64,000 nucleotides of DNA from Felis catus (lineage: Eukaryota). Under the pieces are notes generated by a model. It worked only from the letters and a program-made list of their open reading frames with translations, was not told where the DNA came from and did no database searches. This document shows positions 25,175 through 39,992 of this stretch, in pieces. Position 1 is the first letter of the stretch. Each line of letters starts with the position of its first letter. Made by a program: the position numbers and the translations under genes. The stretch lies in the NCBI RefSeq assembly GCF_018350175.1, contig NC_058373.1:105774001-105838000 (forward strand), written 5' to 3'.

Positions 25175-26410
25175 AAATTTCTAAATTATAGGAGAAAATC
25201 TAGGTAACCTTGGGTTTGATGATGAGTTTTTGCATGCACAATCCATGGAAGAAAATATTTGCTAAATCGGACTTAATTAAAATTAAGAACTTCTGCCTTG
25301 GTGCAGGCAATGTTAACAAAATGAAAAGACAATCCACAGATTGGAAGACAATATTTGCAAAACATAGATCCAACAAAGGACTTGTATCCAAAATATACAA
25401 AGAACTCTTAAAACTCAACATTAAAAAAAATGGGCAAAATATCTGAACACACAGCTCATCAGAGAAGATATTCAGATGGCAAAGAAAGTTAGGAAAAGAT
25501 GCTCAACATTAAATGTCACTAGGGAATTGCAAGTTAAAACAATAATTAGATAAAACTACATACCTATTAGGATGGCTATGACCCAAAACACTGACAACAT
25601 CAAATGCTGGTGAGGATATGGAGCAACAGGAACTCATTTCTTGATGGTGGGGATGCAAAATGGTACCGTCACTTTGAAAGACAGCCTGGTAGTTTCTTAA
25701 AAGGCAAACTTAGTCTTACCATACAATCCAGCATTTGTGCTCCTTCATATTTACCCAAATGAGTTGAAAATCTCCACACAGGAACCTGTGCATGAATGTT
25801 TATAGTAGCTTTTTAATAATTGCCAAATAGGTGAATGGATAAAGAAACTAGTGTATCCACACGTGGAATATTATTCAGCAATAAAATTAAATAAGCTATC
25901 AAGTCATGAAAAAATGTAGAGGAACCTTAGGTACATAATGTTAAGTGAAAGAAGCCAGTCTGAAAAGATCACATATATATAGTATGATTCTATACAATAT
26001 TCTGGAAAAGGCAAAACTATAGACAGTAAAAATCAGTGGTTGGATGAGGTTCAGGGTAAAGCATGGAGGGAAGAGTAGGTAGAGCACAGAGGATTTTTTG
26101 AACAATGAAACTAATCTGTATGATAGTGTAATGGTGGATACGTTAGATTATGCATTGTCAAAATCCATAGAACTGCACAACACAGTGAACTTGAATGTAA
26201 ACTAAGGACTGTAGTTAATAATGTACCAATATTGGTTCATCAATGATAACAAATGTATCATGATGCTAATGCAAGATGTTAGTAACAGAGGAAGCTGCTT
26301 TGGAGAAGAGAGGAAGAAGAGGTATACGGGAATTCTCTATTTTATGTTCCATTTTTTCTATAAACCTAAACTGCTTTTTTAAAAAAGTCTATTAATTAAG
26401 GAAAAAAAAC
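25175..26410 (+). mobile_element. Old L1 (L1MB/MC-like) ORF2 end + 3'UTR
   Basis: Translates LIKIKNFC...KMKRQSTDWKTIFA...KGLVSKIYKELL; ends taaacctaaactgct plus an A-rich tail. Confidence 0.9.
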
Positions 26411-26799
26411 CACTGAATTGGCACTTTTGTTGTAAGTGTGATATTTAAGAAAAACTAGGATTCCAGAGAAAATAGAAAATTCTTTATGAATGAAATCCCA
26501 TCCCAATATTTTTGCCAGGGTCAGAAGAAACCTTGCACTTTTTGTCTCCCATAAAAATCACTCTGCTCTATGTATATTTAGTGCTGACATTTTTTCTGTT
26601 TTTTCTTTTTGTACTGTTATGAAATAAAAATTTTCTTGTCTTGTCACTTCAATATAATCTGCTCCCCAAAAGCAATCCATAAGCATAAAAGGACTATGAA
26701 GTCTCATTGGTGGGTTGGTTGGTTGGTTGGTTGGTTAATTGGCTGGTTTTTAGAGTGGACTTTAATTTAAAACAGCTTCATCCTTAACCTAGAAGGCCT

Positions 26800-27420
26800 T
26801 TCCAGTTACCAGAAGCATGCATAGATCCTCACTGGAACACTAATATTTAGATGCTCCATTCAAACCTCTTCCTCCAAACCACCACAGTCTCTAACTTAGA
26901 GTAATACAGAGGCTTCCTAATTGATTTCTGCCCTTTCCAGGCTTACAGTCTATTAGCAGAAGAACCAAAGATGTTCTAAGTCAAATCGTGTCACAACTAC
27001 CGAAAATCATAAGGAGTCTCATCCCACTCTGGTATCCCACTCTGGTCCAGCCCCACTAGCCTTCTTGCTGTCCCTTGAGCCTTCACCTTTGTAGATGCCT
27101 CTGGCTGGAGTGCCCTTCCCCCGGGGCTTGTTGGCTTGCTCCCTCAGTCCCTTCAAATTTTTGCTTACATGCCACCTTTCAGTGTGGCCCACATTAACTG
27201 ATACACTTTAAATGTTTCCGTCTCTTCTTTGATTTGTAGAAATTTTTAGTTTCTAATACACTATTGTTGTTTATTTATTGTGCTTATTGTCTTTCATTTC
27301 TAAGCTTCAAACCCCTTTAGGGCAGGGATTGTGTTTGCTTTCTTCACAGCTGTATTAACACTTAAAACTTGCTTGAAACATAGTAGGTGCTTGGTAAATA
27401 TTTATTAAACGAGTAAAATG
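26800..27420 (+). mobile_element. L2 3' fragment
   Basis: agggcagggattgtgtttgc...catagtaggtgcttggtaaatatttattaaa. Confidence 0.7.
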
Positions 27421-28129
27421 GATAACAGTGCCCTCTGAGAGCAAACTTCTTCTTGAGATTTCTGTAGCAACACCTGCAATAAATCTGAGCCACTTTATAG
27501 AGGGATTGACATGGTTTTCATAGACATGAAACAATTATCTGATTTACCTCTCTAGTAGAAATAGCTCTGTGTACTGCACAGCCATAGAATGTAAAAAATA
27601 TTAGATATGGTCTCTGATACTCTTGAATATTTTTGAAGACCCATAGGCTATCTATCACAATCATATAATTTTTTTTTTCGAAGAGCAAGTGTTAAATATA
27701 ACCCTCTATCCATATTTTATTTGTGGTTAAAGGTGTCCAACTTCTCAGTACTATTTTTATGGTACAATATCTTATGAAGTCAGAGAAGCTGACCTATTTA
27801 TTACCTTCCTAAAATCAAAGAATGGTTATTGTACATTTGTAATTCTATTGAAGGCAGTAGAGGAACCTCAACCCTCCTACTATTTGTTAGTAATTGCCTC
27901 AATCAGTTGAGTTCATACTGACATCTGGAGGTCAAGTTTGGTACTACATGAGGGCTATTTCACTTCAGAGTTCTTCGTGCCTTTAACCCCTTTAAAAATA
28001 AGTAAAACATCTGAAACACTAAAAATGTCAAAAAGTAGTGAGAAAAAGTTTGTATTTTGTATATTCTACAATATCTATGTTGCTTGGAGAATTTGGGTAT
28101 AACTCCGGGAAAGAATAACGGCAACCATG

Positions 28130-28360
28130 ATTAACTTTGCTGGAGTACCAGCTAGATGTCAGGCAGCACACTAATGCTTTGCTTGCAGCAACTCATTTCA
28201 TCTTCAGACCACCCTATGAAATAAAGACTATTATTATCCTTATTTTCCAGTTGAGATGCAGGCTCAGAGTGGTTGGTAATTCCTCAAGGTCACTTAACTA
28301 GTCATGGCAGAGCAGAAGTGGAACCCCAATCTATGTGACGGCAGAATCGAGTCCATTGGC
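28130..28360 (-). mobile_element. MIR
   Basis: tattattatccttattttccagttgagatgcaggctcagagtggtt...caaggtcac core. Confidence 0.75.
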
Positions 28361-30379
28361 ACTGTTGCAGAGAGGAATGTGTTGTGGGGTTAAAAGAAAT
28401 TCCTGTGAAGAATAAATCACTCTGGGCCATTCCCACAAGGAGCCAACTTGTAGAACTTCCCAAGTCATAAGCATTCAAAATATCCCCCCCCCCCCCCCGC
28501 CCCCGGCCCTGCCAAAAAAAATCTTTCTTAGGAAAAGAGTTGACAGAAAGGGGCAGGAATGTCTCAGAAACATTATCATTTGCCAACTAAGTCTGAGGTC
28601 TATTTGTGAACTACTCTCTTGGGTCAAATGAATTGGGCCCAGCCCTACCCTAATGGGCACCTGAGATGCCATTTATTTAAGGCCCACATTTGTGAAGGGC
28701 CTCAAATGTGGATCTCCAAATGGGATGTACTGAATCCATTGCAAGACGATGACTTCCATCATACAATTTCATGATTGGGTCTGATTAAATGATGGCCCAG
28801 CCCCATCATGTGTTATAAATAGGTAACTTTTGCCAATGTTGTAATTATCTTCTAAAACGGTATAATTCTGTTGTACTGTATTTCTGCATTAAAAGTATTA
28901 AGTGTAGACATGTTATACTTCAAGTGTTAGAACTCTTTAGCATTTAAAGAACGTTTTTAATAAACTAAGAACCTCCGAAGATGGAAGGGGGCCACATCAC
29001 TCTTGAGCTTTTAAATGCCCTTGCTGAGCAGCTCCATAATCCCACAACTGCACTTGGAGCCGTTAGCTAGGAAAGTGCTAATCTTTGCTTTAAGGCCCCT
29101 CTTCTAAAACTCAGCCTTCTTTTCTAGTACTGTCTCTAAGGTATTGGCAGGACTTGACTGATAAGTCAAAACACCTCAAAAGCTAAGACATGGTCAAAGA
29201 TAATGTCTAAGAAATTAGAAGAAATACTGTGCTTTGGGAAGATGGCTGATTAATGAAATTTACTCAGAGCATTTTGGCCAGTGTGATTCTTGTACTTGGC
29301 TAAAGGGACTTAGTTGATTTCGATGTCTCTTACTGATTTCATACTCCCAATAATGAGTGTGTGTGTGTGGTTTTTTTAAGAAAAAGGAAAGTTTTCTGTT
29401 ATATTAAGGTGGTAACAAGTAATAAACATCTCAAGAGAAAGAAAGTTAATGAAGTTTTCTATCAAATTTCATGGTAGGACTGGAAAATGTCAGTAGTCAC
29501 AATGTTTTCTCTCTTCCTATTCCTAGCCATATGCCCAGAGATCATAAATGAGGGGATTACTTCTTACATTTCATCCCTCCATGTTTCCCTCTGTTACAAA
29601 CTCATCAACTCAATATGTTGACGATAGCAGTCTGGCAAGAGCCAGTGTCTGTCTACCAGTTTCAGAGAGAAAGGAAGATCTGTTAGGATTAAGACTGTTT
29701 CTCATTATTGCACTATATATGGTTTCTGTAAACCAATTAAAGACTCATTTCAAAACTATTCATGTCTCCTATTCTGGAAAAATGCAATCTGCTATTATTA
29801 TTACTTACGTGAGAATCAAATGTAATAATTCGAGTAGTTGGAATAGAAGATATTCAAGATGGAACTTCAGTCACCCTTGACTCCTTGCATTCCTTCATAC
29901 ATATCCACTCAATCTCTGATATATAGTGTTTTTGATTCTTCTTCATAAAAACACTAAAATCGTCACAAGATCTCCATCCACGCTGTCACAAGGTTGTAAT
30001 AGTCTTCCTGCCTCCAGCATACAACCCTTCAAATGTTCCTTCCATGCTAGAGTGATCTGGTGAAGGGTGGTTAAATAGATGAGTTTGAACCACAACCCTA
30101 TCATTTACTAGTTAGGTAACCTTGGGCAGGCTTCTTACCCTCAATTTCCACTTCAATAAAATGAGGATAATAATTATATTTAGTTCATAAAGTATATGAG
30201 CACACTCTCATATGACTAACAGAGGCTTCTGTAGAAGTTCATTGAAATGTTAAGGGTTTATATTCATAAATTGACTTTTTAAAAGGCAATTTTGTGATAG
30301 AAACTCTGATGATTAATAGTATGTATCAACTTTATTAGAATACAGGGTACCCATTTATCTAGTTAAATATTCTAGGGAA

Positions 30380-30724
30380 TGTCTATGAGGATGTTTCTGC
30401 ATGAGATTAACATTTGAAACGGTAGACTGAGTAAAGCAGATTGCTCTCCCCAGTGTGGATGGATCTCATCCAATCTGCTGGAGACCTGAAAAGAAGAAAA
30501 GGCTGGGTAAGATGCATTTGCTCTCCCTGACTGTTTTTGAACCAGAATATTGGCTTTCCAGATTCTCAGACCTTTGGGCTCAGATTGCAACTCTACCAGT
30601 GGCTCTCCTGGATGTCTGGCTTGCAACAGCAGACCATGGGACTTCTCAGCCTCCATTATCAAGTGAGCCAATTCCTTATAATCTCTTTATACATACAGGT
30701 TCTAGATATAGTCTCTCTCTCTCT

Positions 30725-30773
<49 letters not shown>

Positions 30774-30812
30774 TGATATGGCCTGTTTTCTTTTTCTGGA
30801 GAATCCTGACAT
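30380..30812. mobile_element. MLT2 (ERVL) LTR with (TA)n
   Basis: gatgtttctgcatgagattaacatttgaa...gagtaaagcagattgctctcccc...tctggagaatcctgac; (TA)n at ~30727-30770. Confidence 0.85.
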
Positions 30813-31914
30813 AGAAACCAAGCTAGATTCTACACTAATTTGTGTAACATATCTGAAATGTTACTATGTTAGTAAGCAATTCCGAATGAATTAATGTTTC
30901 TAAGCATTGTAATTTATTAGATCTTATCCAAAAACATGTAGAATGTTAGTTTTTGCCTATTTATTAAAAGAGGCAAAGAAATTATGAAACCAATTGAAAC
31001 GGTCTGTTTTTGTATACTAATTAAGGAAGCTGCCAGGGTATTAGGGTGATACTCACTGGAAAGTGCCAAACACTTTTGTTTGCAAATTTACTCAATTTGG
31101 TAGTCATAATTTTTCAAAGTCACCACTTTGGAATTTGTTATTTTGATGTCCTGAATCATAAGTACTTGAAAATGGTCTTTGGTGTTAGACTACAAAAAGA
31201 ACAAAGTAAAATGTCTGGAATGTATAAGTCAAATCCCTTAAAATTGAACACCATGTGCTGAGATAACCTTATTGAAACTTCCAATACTATTCAACAACTC
31301 TGGTGTACTAGATCTCTTAGAAATCCACTTCTATGTAAAATACGTCTATTTTTTTTTTATTACTAAGCTTTGTTTTCAAAATATATTGTTTCATTTACCA
31401 AAAGCATCGTTCATTTAGATAGCTGGCTTTAGATATTCTCCCAGGAATGTTATTATATTCACTTATAAACAACAGGATTAAACATTGCACTTCTGGCTGT
31501 GTTTTGGATGAGTTCGTATCAGGACACTTTGCTCTGTCAGTGTTATTTCTGTTGATGGTATATATTGAGGCAGTGACACTGCTGGTTTGCATTTTCATTC
31601 CCTCAAAGTCTCTGCTTATCTGTGAATATTACTGAAATTAAGTAAGCCTCTTGAAAATAATTCAGTATACCATTTCTTTCAGGATGCCATTTAAAACTTC
31701 CTAAATATTGTTCCGTTTCAGTATGTTCTGGTTAGCAAATATCTATTCTGTTAGCTTTCATACTTGCTTATTGTTGAGAATTTTTTTGCAAGTGCTTCAA
31801 ACTTTTTTTTTAATGGACTTCATTGTTATTTCAGTTTCAATGAATGAATATCTTTACATTTAAATTGCTGGTGAAATTTCATAGCTATGGGTCCGAATGA
31901 TGACATAAAGCTAG

Positions 31915-32371
31915 ATTTATTTAACTTAATTAATTTATTTTATTATTATTATTTTTTAAATTTACATCCACGTTAGTTAGCATATAGTGCAATAATTATT
32001 TCAGGAGTAGATTCCAGTGATTCATCCCCTATGTATAGTACCCAGGGCTCATCCCAAGTGTCTTCCATAATGCCCCTTACCCATTTTGTCCATCACCCAT
32101 TCACAACCCCTTCAGCAACCCTCAGTTTGTTTTCTGTTTTTAAGAGTCTCTTATGTTTTGTCCGCCTCCTTGTTTTTATATTACTTTTGCTTCCCTTCCC
32201 TTATGTTCATCTGTTTTGTCTCTTAAATTCCACATATGAGTGAAGTCATATGATTTTTGTCTTTCTCTGACTAATTTTGCTTAGCATAATACCCTCTAGT
32301 CTATCCCCATAGTTGCAAATGGCAAGATTTCATTCTTTTTGATTGCCAAATAATATTCCACTGTATGTATA

Positions 32372-32442
<71 letters not shown>

Positions 32443-32458
32443 ATGTGTGTGTATCACA

Positions 32459-32492
<34 letters not shown>
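31915..32492 (-). mobile_element. Carnivore L1 3' end with a compound TA/TG/CA microsatellite
   Basis: ttcaggagtagattccagtgattcatc...gttgcaaatggcaagatttcattc. Confidence 0.9.
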
Positions 32493-32493
<1 letters not shown>

Positions 32494-33960
32494 CTGATTT
32501 AGGACTTCTCCAGTGAATCAATAAAAATGAATGTGTTAGGTATATATTTGTATTCATAATGGAATTTAAAGTTCTATATAACTGTGATTAATCAGAAAAA
32601 ATTCAAGAACGTTGCAGGAGGTGAGAAGTTTTCTATAACTTTAATTTAGTGAGATTAATATCCTGCAGCTAGTCACACATATGAACTATTTTACCATGAA
32701 CCATAATTTATACAGGTATATATTTAGTATAGCTTGCACAGAAATATTATACGATAAAAATACAGCATTTATCTATTCGATAAGGAATTAATGTCCATTT
32801 TATGGATATACTGCATAGAGTTTATTCATTCATTAGTTAATGGGTATTTGAGTTGTTTCCACTTTTTGGCTATTATGAGTAACCCTGCTATGAACATTCA
32901 TATACAGTTTTCTGTGAAAGCAAATGTTTTTATTTATTTTGGGTATATACCTAGGAGTACAACTTCTGGGTCATATGGTAACTCTTTTTAGCATTTTGAA
33001 GAATTACCAATCTGGTTTTCATAGTGGCTGTACCACTTGTCCCACCAGCAAGATAAGAGGGTTCCAATTTCTCCACGTCCTTGCTAACCCTTATCATATT
33101 ATTATTACTATAGCTGTCCTAGTATGTGTAATGTGGTATTTTATTGTGGTTTTGATTTGTATTTCCCTAGTGATTAATGATGTTGAGCATCTTTTTTATA
33201 TGCTTATTATTCACTTATGTATCCTTTTTGGAGAAATGTCTATTCAACTATTTTGCACATTTTTAAATTCGGTTATTTGTCTTTTTATTGTTGTAAGAAT
33301 TTTTTACATATTTTGGATACTAGATCTTTATCAGATATATTATTTAATAATACTTTCTCCTATTCTGCATATTATCTTTTCACTTTCTTGATAGTATATT
33401 TTGACTCATAAAAGGTTTTAATTTTTAATGAAGTTCAATTTACCTTTCTTTGGTTCCTTGTGCTTTAGGTATCTTGTCTAAGAAACTATTGTCTGATCAA
33501 AGGTCACAAAGACTCACTCAAACTTTTCTTCTAAGAGTTTTAAAATTTTAGCTCTTATACTTAGATCTTTGATCCAGTTTGAGTTAATTTTTCTATGGGA
33601 TGTTAGCTTAGACAGGGGTCCAAATTCATTCTTTTACCTAATACTATTTGTTGAAAAGGCTATCCTTTTTCCATTGAATCATCTTAGCATCCTTGTCAAA
33701 TGTCAGTTGACCATGACAGGATATACAACACAAGGAGTAAAACCTAATGTAAAACATGGACTTTTAGTGAATAATAAATATCAGTATTGATTCATCAGTT
33801 GTAACAATTGTACCACATTAATGCAAGACATTGATAATAAGGAAAACTATGAAGTGAAGTAAGGAGTATCTGGAAACTCTACTCTTTTCAATTTTCCTGT
33901 AAACCTAAAACTGCTCTTAAAAAATTAAGTTTATTAATTATTTAAAAATCAATTGACCAG

Positions 33961-34174
33961 GGCGCCTGGGTGGCTCAGTCGGTTGAGCATCCGACTTTGG
34001 CTCAGGTCACGATCTCGCGGTCCGTGACTTCGAGCCCCGCATCGGGCTCTGGGCTGATGGCTCGGAGCCTGGAGCCTGCTTCCGATTCTGTGTCTCCCTC
34101 TCTCTCTGCCCCTTCCCTGTTCATGCTCTGTCTCTCTCTGTCTCAAAAATAAATAAAACGTTAAAAAAAATTTT
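33961..34174 (+). mobile_element. CanSINE
   Basis: TSD AAAAATCAATTGACCA. Confidence 0.95.
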
Positions 34175-34475
34175 AAAAATCAATTGACCATAGATGTATG
34201 TGTTTATTTCTCCACTCCTATTCCTTTGATCTGTATATCTATCCTTATGTGAGTAACACATTTTTTTATTGCTATAATGTTGTAATTTTTTTAATCCAGG
34301 AAGTAAGAGTCCTCAAACTGTCCTTTATCAAGGATGTTTTTGCTCTTTTGAATTTCCATATGAATTTTAGGATTAGCTTGTTAATTTCTGCAAAAAGAAA
34401 AAAGCCGTTGGAATTTTCACAGAAAAACTCATACATTGAATATGTACATCAACTTTAAGAGTATCTTCAAGAAGG

Positions 34476-34915
34476 GGTGTAGTACCTGGGTGGCTCAGTC
34501 GGTTGAAGGTCTGACTGTGGCTCAGGTCATGATCTCAGGGTTCCTGGGTTCGGAGTCCTGTGTCTGGCTCTGTGCTGACAGCTCAGAGCCTGGAGCCTTC
34601 TTCAGATTCTTTGTCTCCCCCTCTCTCTGCCCCTCCCCTGCTCACACTTTGTCTGTCTGTCTCTCTCTGAAAAAATAAATAATAAAAACATTAAAAAAGA
34701 ATATCTTCATGGGGCGCCTGAGTCACTCAGTTAGTTAGCATCTGATTCTTGATTTCGACTTAGGTCATGATCTCACAGTTCATGAGTTTGAGCCCCGCCC
34801 GCATCCGGCTCTACACTGACAGTGCTGAGACTGCTTGAGATTCTCTGTCTCTCTCTCTGCCCCTCCTCACTTGCGCGCACGCTCTCTGTCTCAAAATAAA
34901 TAAACTTAAAAAAAA
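34476..34915 (+). mobile_element. Two tandem CanSINEs
   Basis: Bodies at 34476-34700 and 34710-34915; three copies of AAGA(G/A)TATCTTC. Confidence 0.9.
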
Positions 34916-35409
34916 GAGTATCTTCTTCTTACAATATTGTTTTCCAATATATAAACATAAGTCTTTCCACTTATTTAGGTTTTCTTTAAAATTTTCAAGA
35001 ATATTTTGTAGTTTTTAGGGTACAAGTCTTGAACTTTCTTCATTAAATGTATTTCTAAGTATTTCATTCTTGTTGGTGCTATTGTGAATGGGAATTTCTT
35101 AATTTTATTTTGAGATTTTTATTTGCTAGTGCATAGAAATAGAACTGATTTTTATATATTCCTCTTATCTCCTGCAACTTTTCTGGCTTTCATTCATTCT
35201 CCTTTTGATTACTGAGTCAATCTCCTTACTCCTATAGATTTGTTCATATTTTCTATTTATTCATGATTCAGAGTTGGTACATTTTATATTTGTAGGAAAT
35301 TTTTTCTTCTAAGTTATCCTATTTGTTGGTATATATTTGTTCATAGTAGTTACCTATGACTTATTTCTGTGGCATCCGTTGTAATGTCTCTGCTTTCATT
35401 TCTGACTGA

Positions 35410-35635
35410 CTGTATGTATGCATGTATGTATTTTGAGAGAGAGAGAGAGAGCAGGGGAGAGGGACAGAGGAGGGGGGGGAGAGAGAGAGAATCTTAAGCA
35501 GACTCCACACACAGTGTGGATCCTGACACAGAGCTCAATGTAAGAGGAATGAAATGAGCCAAATGAAATGGGATCATGACCTGAGCTAAAATCAAGAGTT
35601 GGACACTCAACCAACTGAGGCACCCAAGCATCCCT
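35410..35635 (-). mobile_element. Older CanSINE
   Basis: gatcatgacctgagctaaaatcaagag...gaggcacccaagcatccc. Confidence 0.85.
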
Positions 35636-36718
35636 GTAATTATTTGATCCCTCTCTTTTATCCAAGTGTGTTTAGCTAAAGTGTTGTCAATTTTATTTTT
35701 TTAATCAACCCTTAATTTGTTTTTGTATTCTCTATTTCATTTATTTTTGCTCTAATTTTTATTATTTATTTCTTTATGCTAACCGTGGGCTTAGTTCAAT
35801 ATTTTCTAGTTCCTTGAAGTGTAAAGTTGGGTTGTTTATTTGAAATCATTTTTTTTAATGTAGGCATTTATTGCTATAAACTTCCCTCTTAGTACTGTGG
35901 TGCAGCATCTCCTAAGTTTTGGTATGTTGTGTTTTCATTTTCGTTTGTCTTAGGCTATTTTCTAAGTTCTTTTTGATTTCTTCTTAGATGCATTGGTTGT
36001 TCAGGAGTGTGTTCTTTAATTTCCATATATTTATGAATTTCCCAGCTTTCTCTCTGCTATTGATTTTTAATTTCATTCCCTTGTAGAAAAGATACATGGT
36101 ATGATTTCAGTCTTTCTGAATTTGTTAAGACTTGTTTTGCGACCCAACATGTGATCTATCCTGGAGAATGTTCCGTGTCCACCTGAGAAGAATGTACAGT
36201 CTGCTGCTATTGAGTGGAATGTTCTGTTTATGTCTGTTAGGTCCATTTGGTCGTTAGTGTTGTTCAAGCCCACTGTATGCTTGATTTTTGGTCTGGATGT
36301 TGTATCCATTATTGAAAGTGGTATATCAAGTCTCCTGCTGTTGTACTGCTATGTATTTCTCCCTTCAGTTCTGTCAATGTTTGCTTTATATATAGGTGCT
36401 CTATAATTGTTATGTTTTCCTGGATGAATTGGCCCTTTTATCTTCATATAATGACCTTCTTTATCTCTTGTAACAGTTTTAACATCTACTTTGTCTAAGT
36501 ATAACCACCCTTATTCTCTTTTAGTTATCATTTACATATAATATCTTTTCCCATCCTTTCACTTTAAGCTCATTTATGTCCTTAAATCCAAAATGAGTCT
36601 CTTATAGATGGTATATAGTGAAATCTTTTTATAATGTTGTTTTTGTTTTGTTTTGTTTTTAAATCCATTCAGCTCTCTGTGTCTTTTGATTCGGGGGTAT
36701 AATTCATTTGCCTTTAAA

Positions 36719-36931
36719 TTTTTTTTTTCAACGTTTATTTATTTTTGGGACAGAGAGAGACAGAGCATGAACGGGGGAGGGGCAGAGAGAGAGGGAGGCA
36801 CAGAATCTGAAACAGGCTCCAGGCTCTGAGCCATCAGCCCAGAGCCCGACGCGGGGCTCGAACTCAAGGACCACGAGATCGTGACCTGGCTGAAGTCAGA
36901 CGCTTAACCGACTGCGCCACCCAGGCGCCCC
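36719..36931 (-). mobile_element. CanSINE (young)
   Basis: TSD TCATTTGCCTTTAAA. Confidence 0.95.
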
Positions 36932-37765
36932 TCATTTGCCTTTAAAGTAATTACTGATAGGGAAGAACTTGCTGTTGCCATTCTGTTAGTTGTTTTCTAT
37001 CTATCTTGAAGTTCCTTCATCTCTCTGTTCCCCTCATTGTCTTCCTTTGCATTTTTGTTGATATATTGTATGAATATGCTTGATTTCTTTTTCTTTTGTG
37101 CATCTTCTCTAGGTATATTCTTTGTGATTACCATGGAGCTTACAAAAAAACAACTTATGGTGGTTATGACAGTCTATTTTAAGCTGATAACTTCAATCAG
37201 ACACCAAAACTCTACGCTTTTACTTCCCCCAAACACATTTGTTATTGATGTCACAATTTACATCCTTTTATATTGTGTATCCATTAACACATTTTCATAG
37301 TTCTTAATGCTTTTGTCTTTTAACTTTATGCTGGAATTAAAATGGATTTACCCATCATTATAATTTACATTATCCTATATTTGTCTTATATTACCTTTAG
37401 CCTTTACTTACTTTTACCAGAAAGTTTTGAATGTTCATATGCTTTCCTATTACTGTTTAGCATTGTTTCATTTCAACTTGAAGAACTCCCTTTAGCATTT
37501 ATTATAAGGCAGTTCTTGTGATGATGGACTCCCTTTGCTTTTGTTTGGGAAATATTTTCATCTCTCTTTCATTTCTGAGGGACAGTTTTGACAGGTATAG
37601 CATTCTTTCAACACTTTGGATATACCATCCCATTCCCTTCTGGCCTGCCAAGTTTCTGCTGAGAAATCTGCTGATCGTTTCATGGGGGTTCCCTGGTATG
37701 TGACAAGTTGGCTTTCTCTTGCTTCTTCCAAAATTCTCCATGAGGGTAGATTTTAGGTGTTCTCA

Positions 37766-37797
<32 letters not shown>

Positions 37798-39992
37798 TAT
37801 GTACCTAATCAGCATGACTTTTTTGAATTCAAAGGGACAAGATAAATTAGAATGCACTTTTCTTGATGTAGAGCCCTGCTCTTCACTCTCTCTTACCCAT
37901 CCTTCCAAATAGCATTCATTAACTTCTTTCCCACATTTCTAAGGTGTATGTCAGTGTAATGTCTTTAGTAAGTAATTGCCTTACAAAAATTTTAAAACAC
38001 TCTATTTGATTTTTGACAATTTGATTATAATATGTCTAGGTTCGGATTACTTTGAATTCATCATATTAAGATTTTGTTGGGTTTCGTGGATCTGGATGGC
38101 CATTTCCTTCCCCAGATGTAGGAAGTTTTCAGCCATTATTTCTTTGAACAAGATTTCTGCCCCTTTTTTCTCTCTCTTTTCCTTCTGGAACTCCTATAAT
38201 GCATATATTGATACGTTTTGTGGTGTCCCATGTGTTCCTTAAGCTTTCTTCAGTATTTTGCATTATTTTTCCTATTTGTTCCTCTGATAGGATAATTTCC
38301 AGTGACTGGTCTTCAAGTTTTCTGACACTTTCTTCTCTTTTAGTCTGTTGTTGAGCTTCACTAGGGAATTCTTCATTTTACTTATTGTATTCTTCAGCTT
38401 CATAATTCCTGTTTGGTAATTTTAAAAATTACCTGTCTGTTGAAGTTGTCACTGTATCCATGCATTGTCTTGATCTTGTAGATGATCCTTATAATAGTTA
38501 TTTAAAATTTTCTATCAGGTAAATCTTATATCTCCATTTCATTAGAATCCGTTTTGGGAGATTATCTCGTCATTTTGTTTGGGATATATTTCCTTATTTC
38601 TTTATTTTCCTTGATTTTTTTTGTGTTGGTTTCTGTGCATTAGACAAAACAGCCACTGCTCCCAGTCTTCAGAGACTGTAGGAAGATATTCTAAAGTATT
38701 TGTGACACCATGCCAAAGCTGCTTCTGCTTCCTACCCAAGGGTAAAAAGCCTAAAACAATGGTAGATCTTGTTTGGCTAGATCCCTTACTCAAGCATTTA
38801 TACCAAAAGATGAAGTCCTTGGCTTCTTCTCCAGCACAATACTGGGCAATGATTCATTCATCTTTTAAGACTTTTACACCTGAGTGGACACTTTGAGCCT
38901 GCCTAAATGATTTATCCCTCCACTTCATAGTTCCATTTGAAGCCTTGGCTAGTTCCTGCTCCCAATTATTACCATGTCTATACAGTGGCCAACACCAAGA
39001 AACTTTGTCTTTGTGATTAACAGACTCTGAGCATCATAAACCTTCAGAGTTTCTATTCTCTCCTAAACTCTTTCAGTTAAATCTTATCCCATCATCACTC
39101 TTTAGTCACAGATGGGTCCTACTTCCATCCATGATGCAGCTCTCTTCTGTAGTCATCAAATCTTGTATTCTCAACCTCACCTCCTGCCCTACTGGTCTCT
39201 TTTCAAGTCTCCATTTTCTAGGCACTGTTAACCTTGTGCCTTTGCCCCTCAACCTCCCAACCTGCTAGACCTACTAGAGTCATTTTCAGCCATCCAAACA
39301 GAGGTCATTTCCACCTTCTTATTGATGCTAACTCTGATTTTCTTCCACTATATCCTAGGCATCTCCCTCTTTGATCCCAAAGTACTGTGATCCTAATTAT
39401 GGTACTCACTTACTTATATAAAATGGTATGGAGACACCAAAAGACATAAATCAGTGCTCTTTACCTAGCAGTTCTTTAAATGTAAATGCTAATTTATTTG
39501 GATTATTTCATGTTTTTCTTACAGTATATAAAAGATGACTTGGAAACATTACTGTGTCTGAGTGAACTATGTTCAGCACCTAACCTACTGAGTGACTTGG
39601 GCAAATTATCATAGATCTATTGCTTCATCTGTAAAAAGGCATTATTTACCTACTTCTGAGGTTATTATGAATATTAGATAAAATGATGAATGCAAAATAT
39701 TTAGCATATGAGTGCTCAATACATCTTCGTTATTCAAAACATTTACCAGAGTGACTGGCACACAATTGGCATTCATTCATCTGCTTCCAATATTAGTCAA
39801 TGTTTAATTACCATTTAAGACAGTGACTATATTTTCATATTCCTCACAATGCTTAGGGTAGTCACTTACATAAGTTAGGTCTTTAATTAATTTGGTTTAA
39901 ATACATTAATCAGAAAATATCTTTGTCACTTTGAGGTATGGAAGAAGTTCTAAAACAAGATTGGAAAAGTGGTGATTTTAAGAGAAAAAGAT

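Larger units (their letters stand above)
32790..38680 (-). mobile_element. Long fragmented old L1 (ORF2 3' end through endonuclease and ORF1) with younger inserts
   Basis: Degenerate L1 peptides, e.g. DQMDLTDINRTFH...FFSGGHGTFSRIDHML (36073-36309); ORF1-like sequence near 37500-37740. Confidence 0.88.

Noticed and set aside
28684..28711. CCACATTTG-N10-CAAATGTGG hairpin
   Set aside because: A 9-bp stem is too short for a pre-miRNA and is expected by chance in 64 kb.
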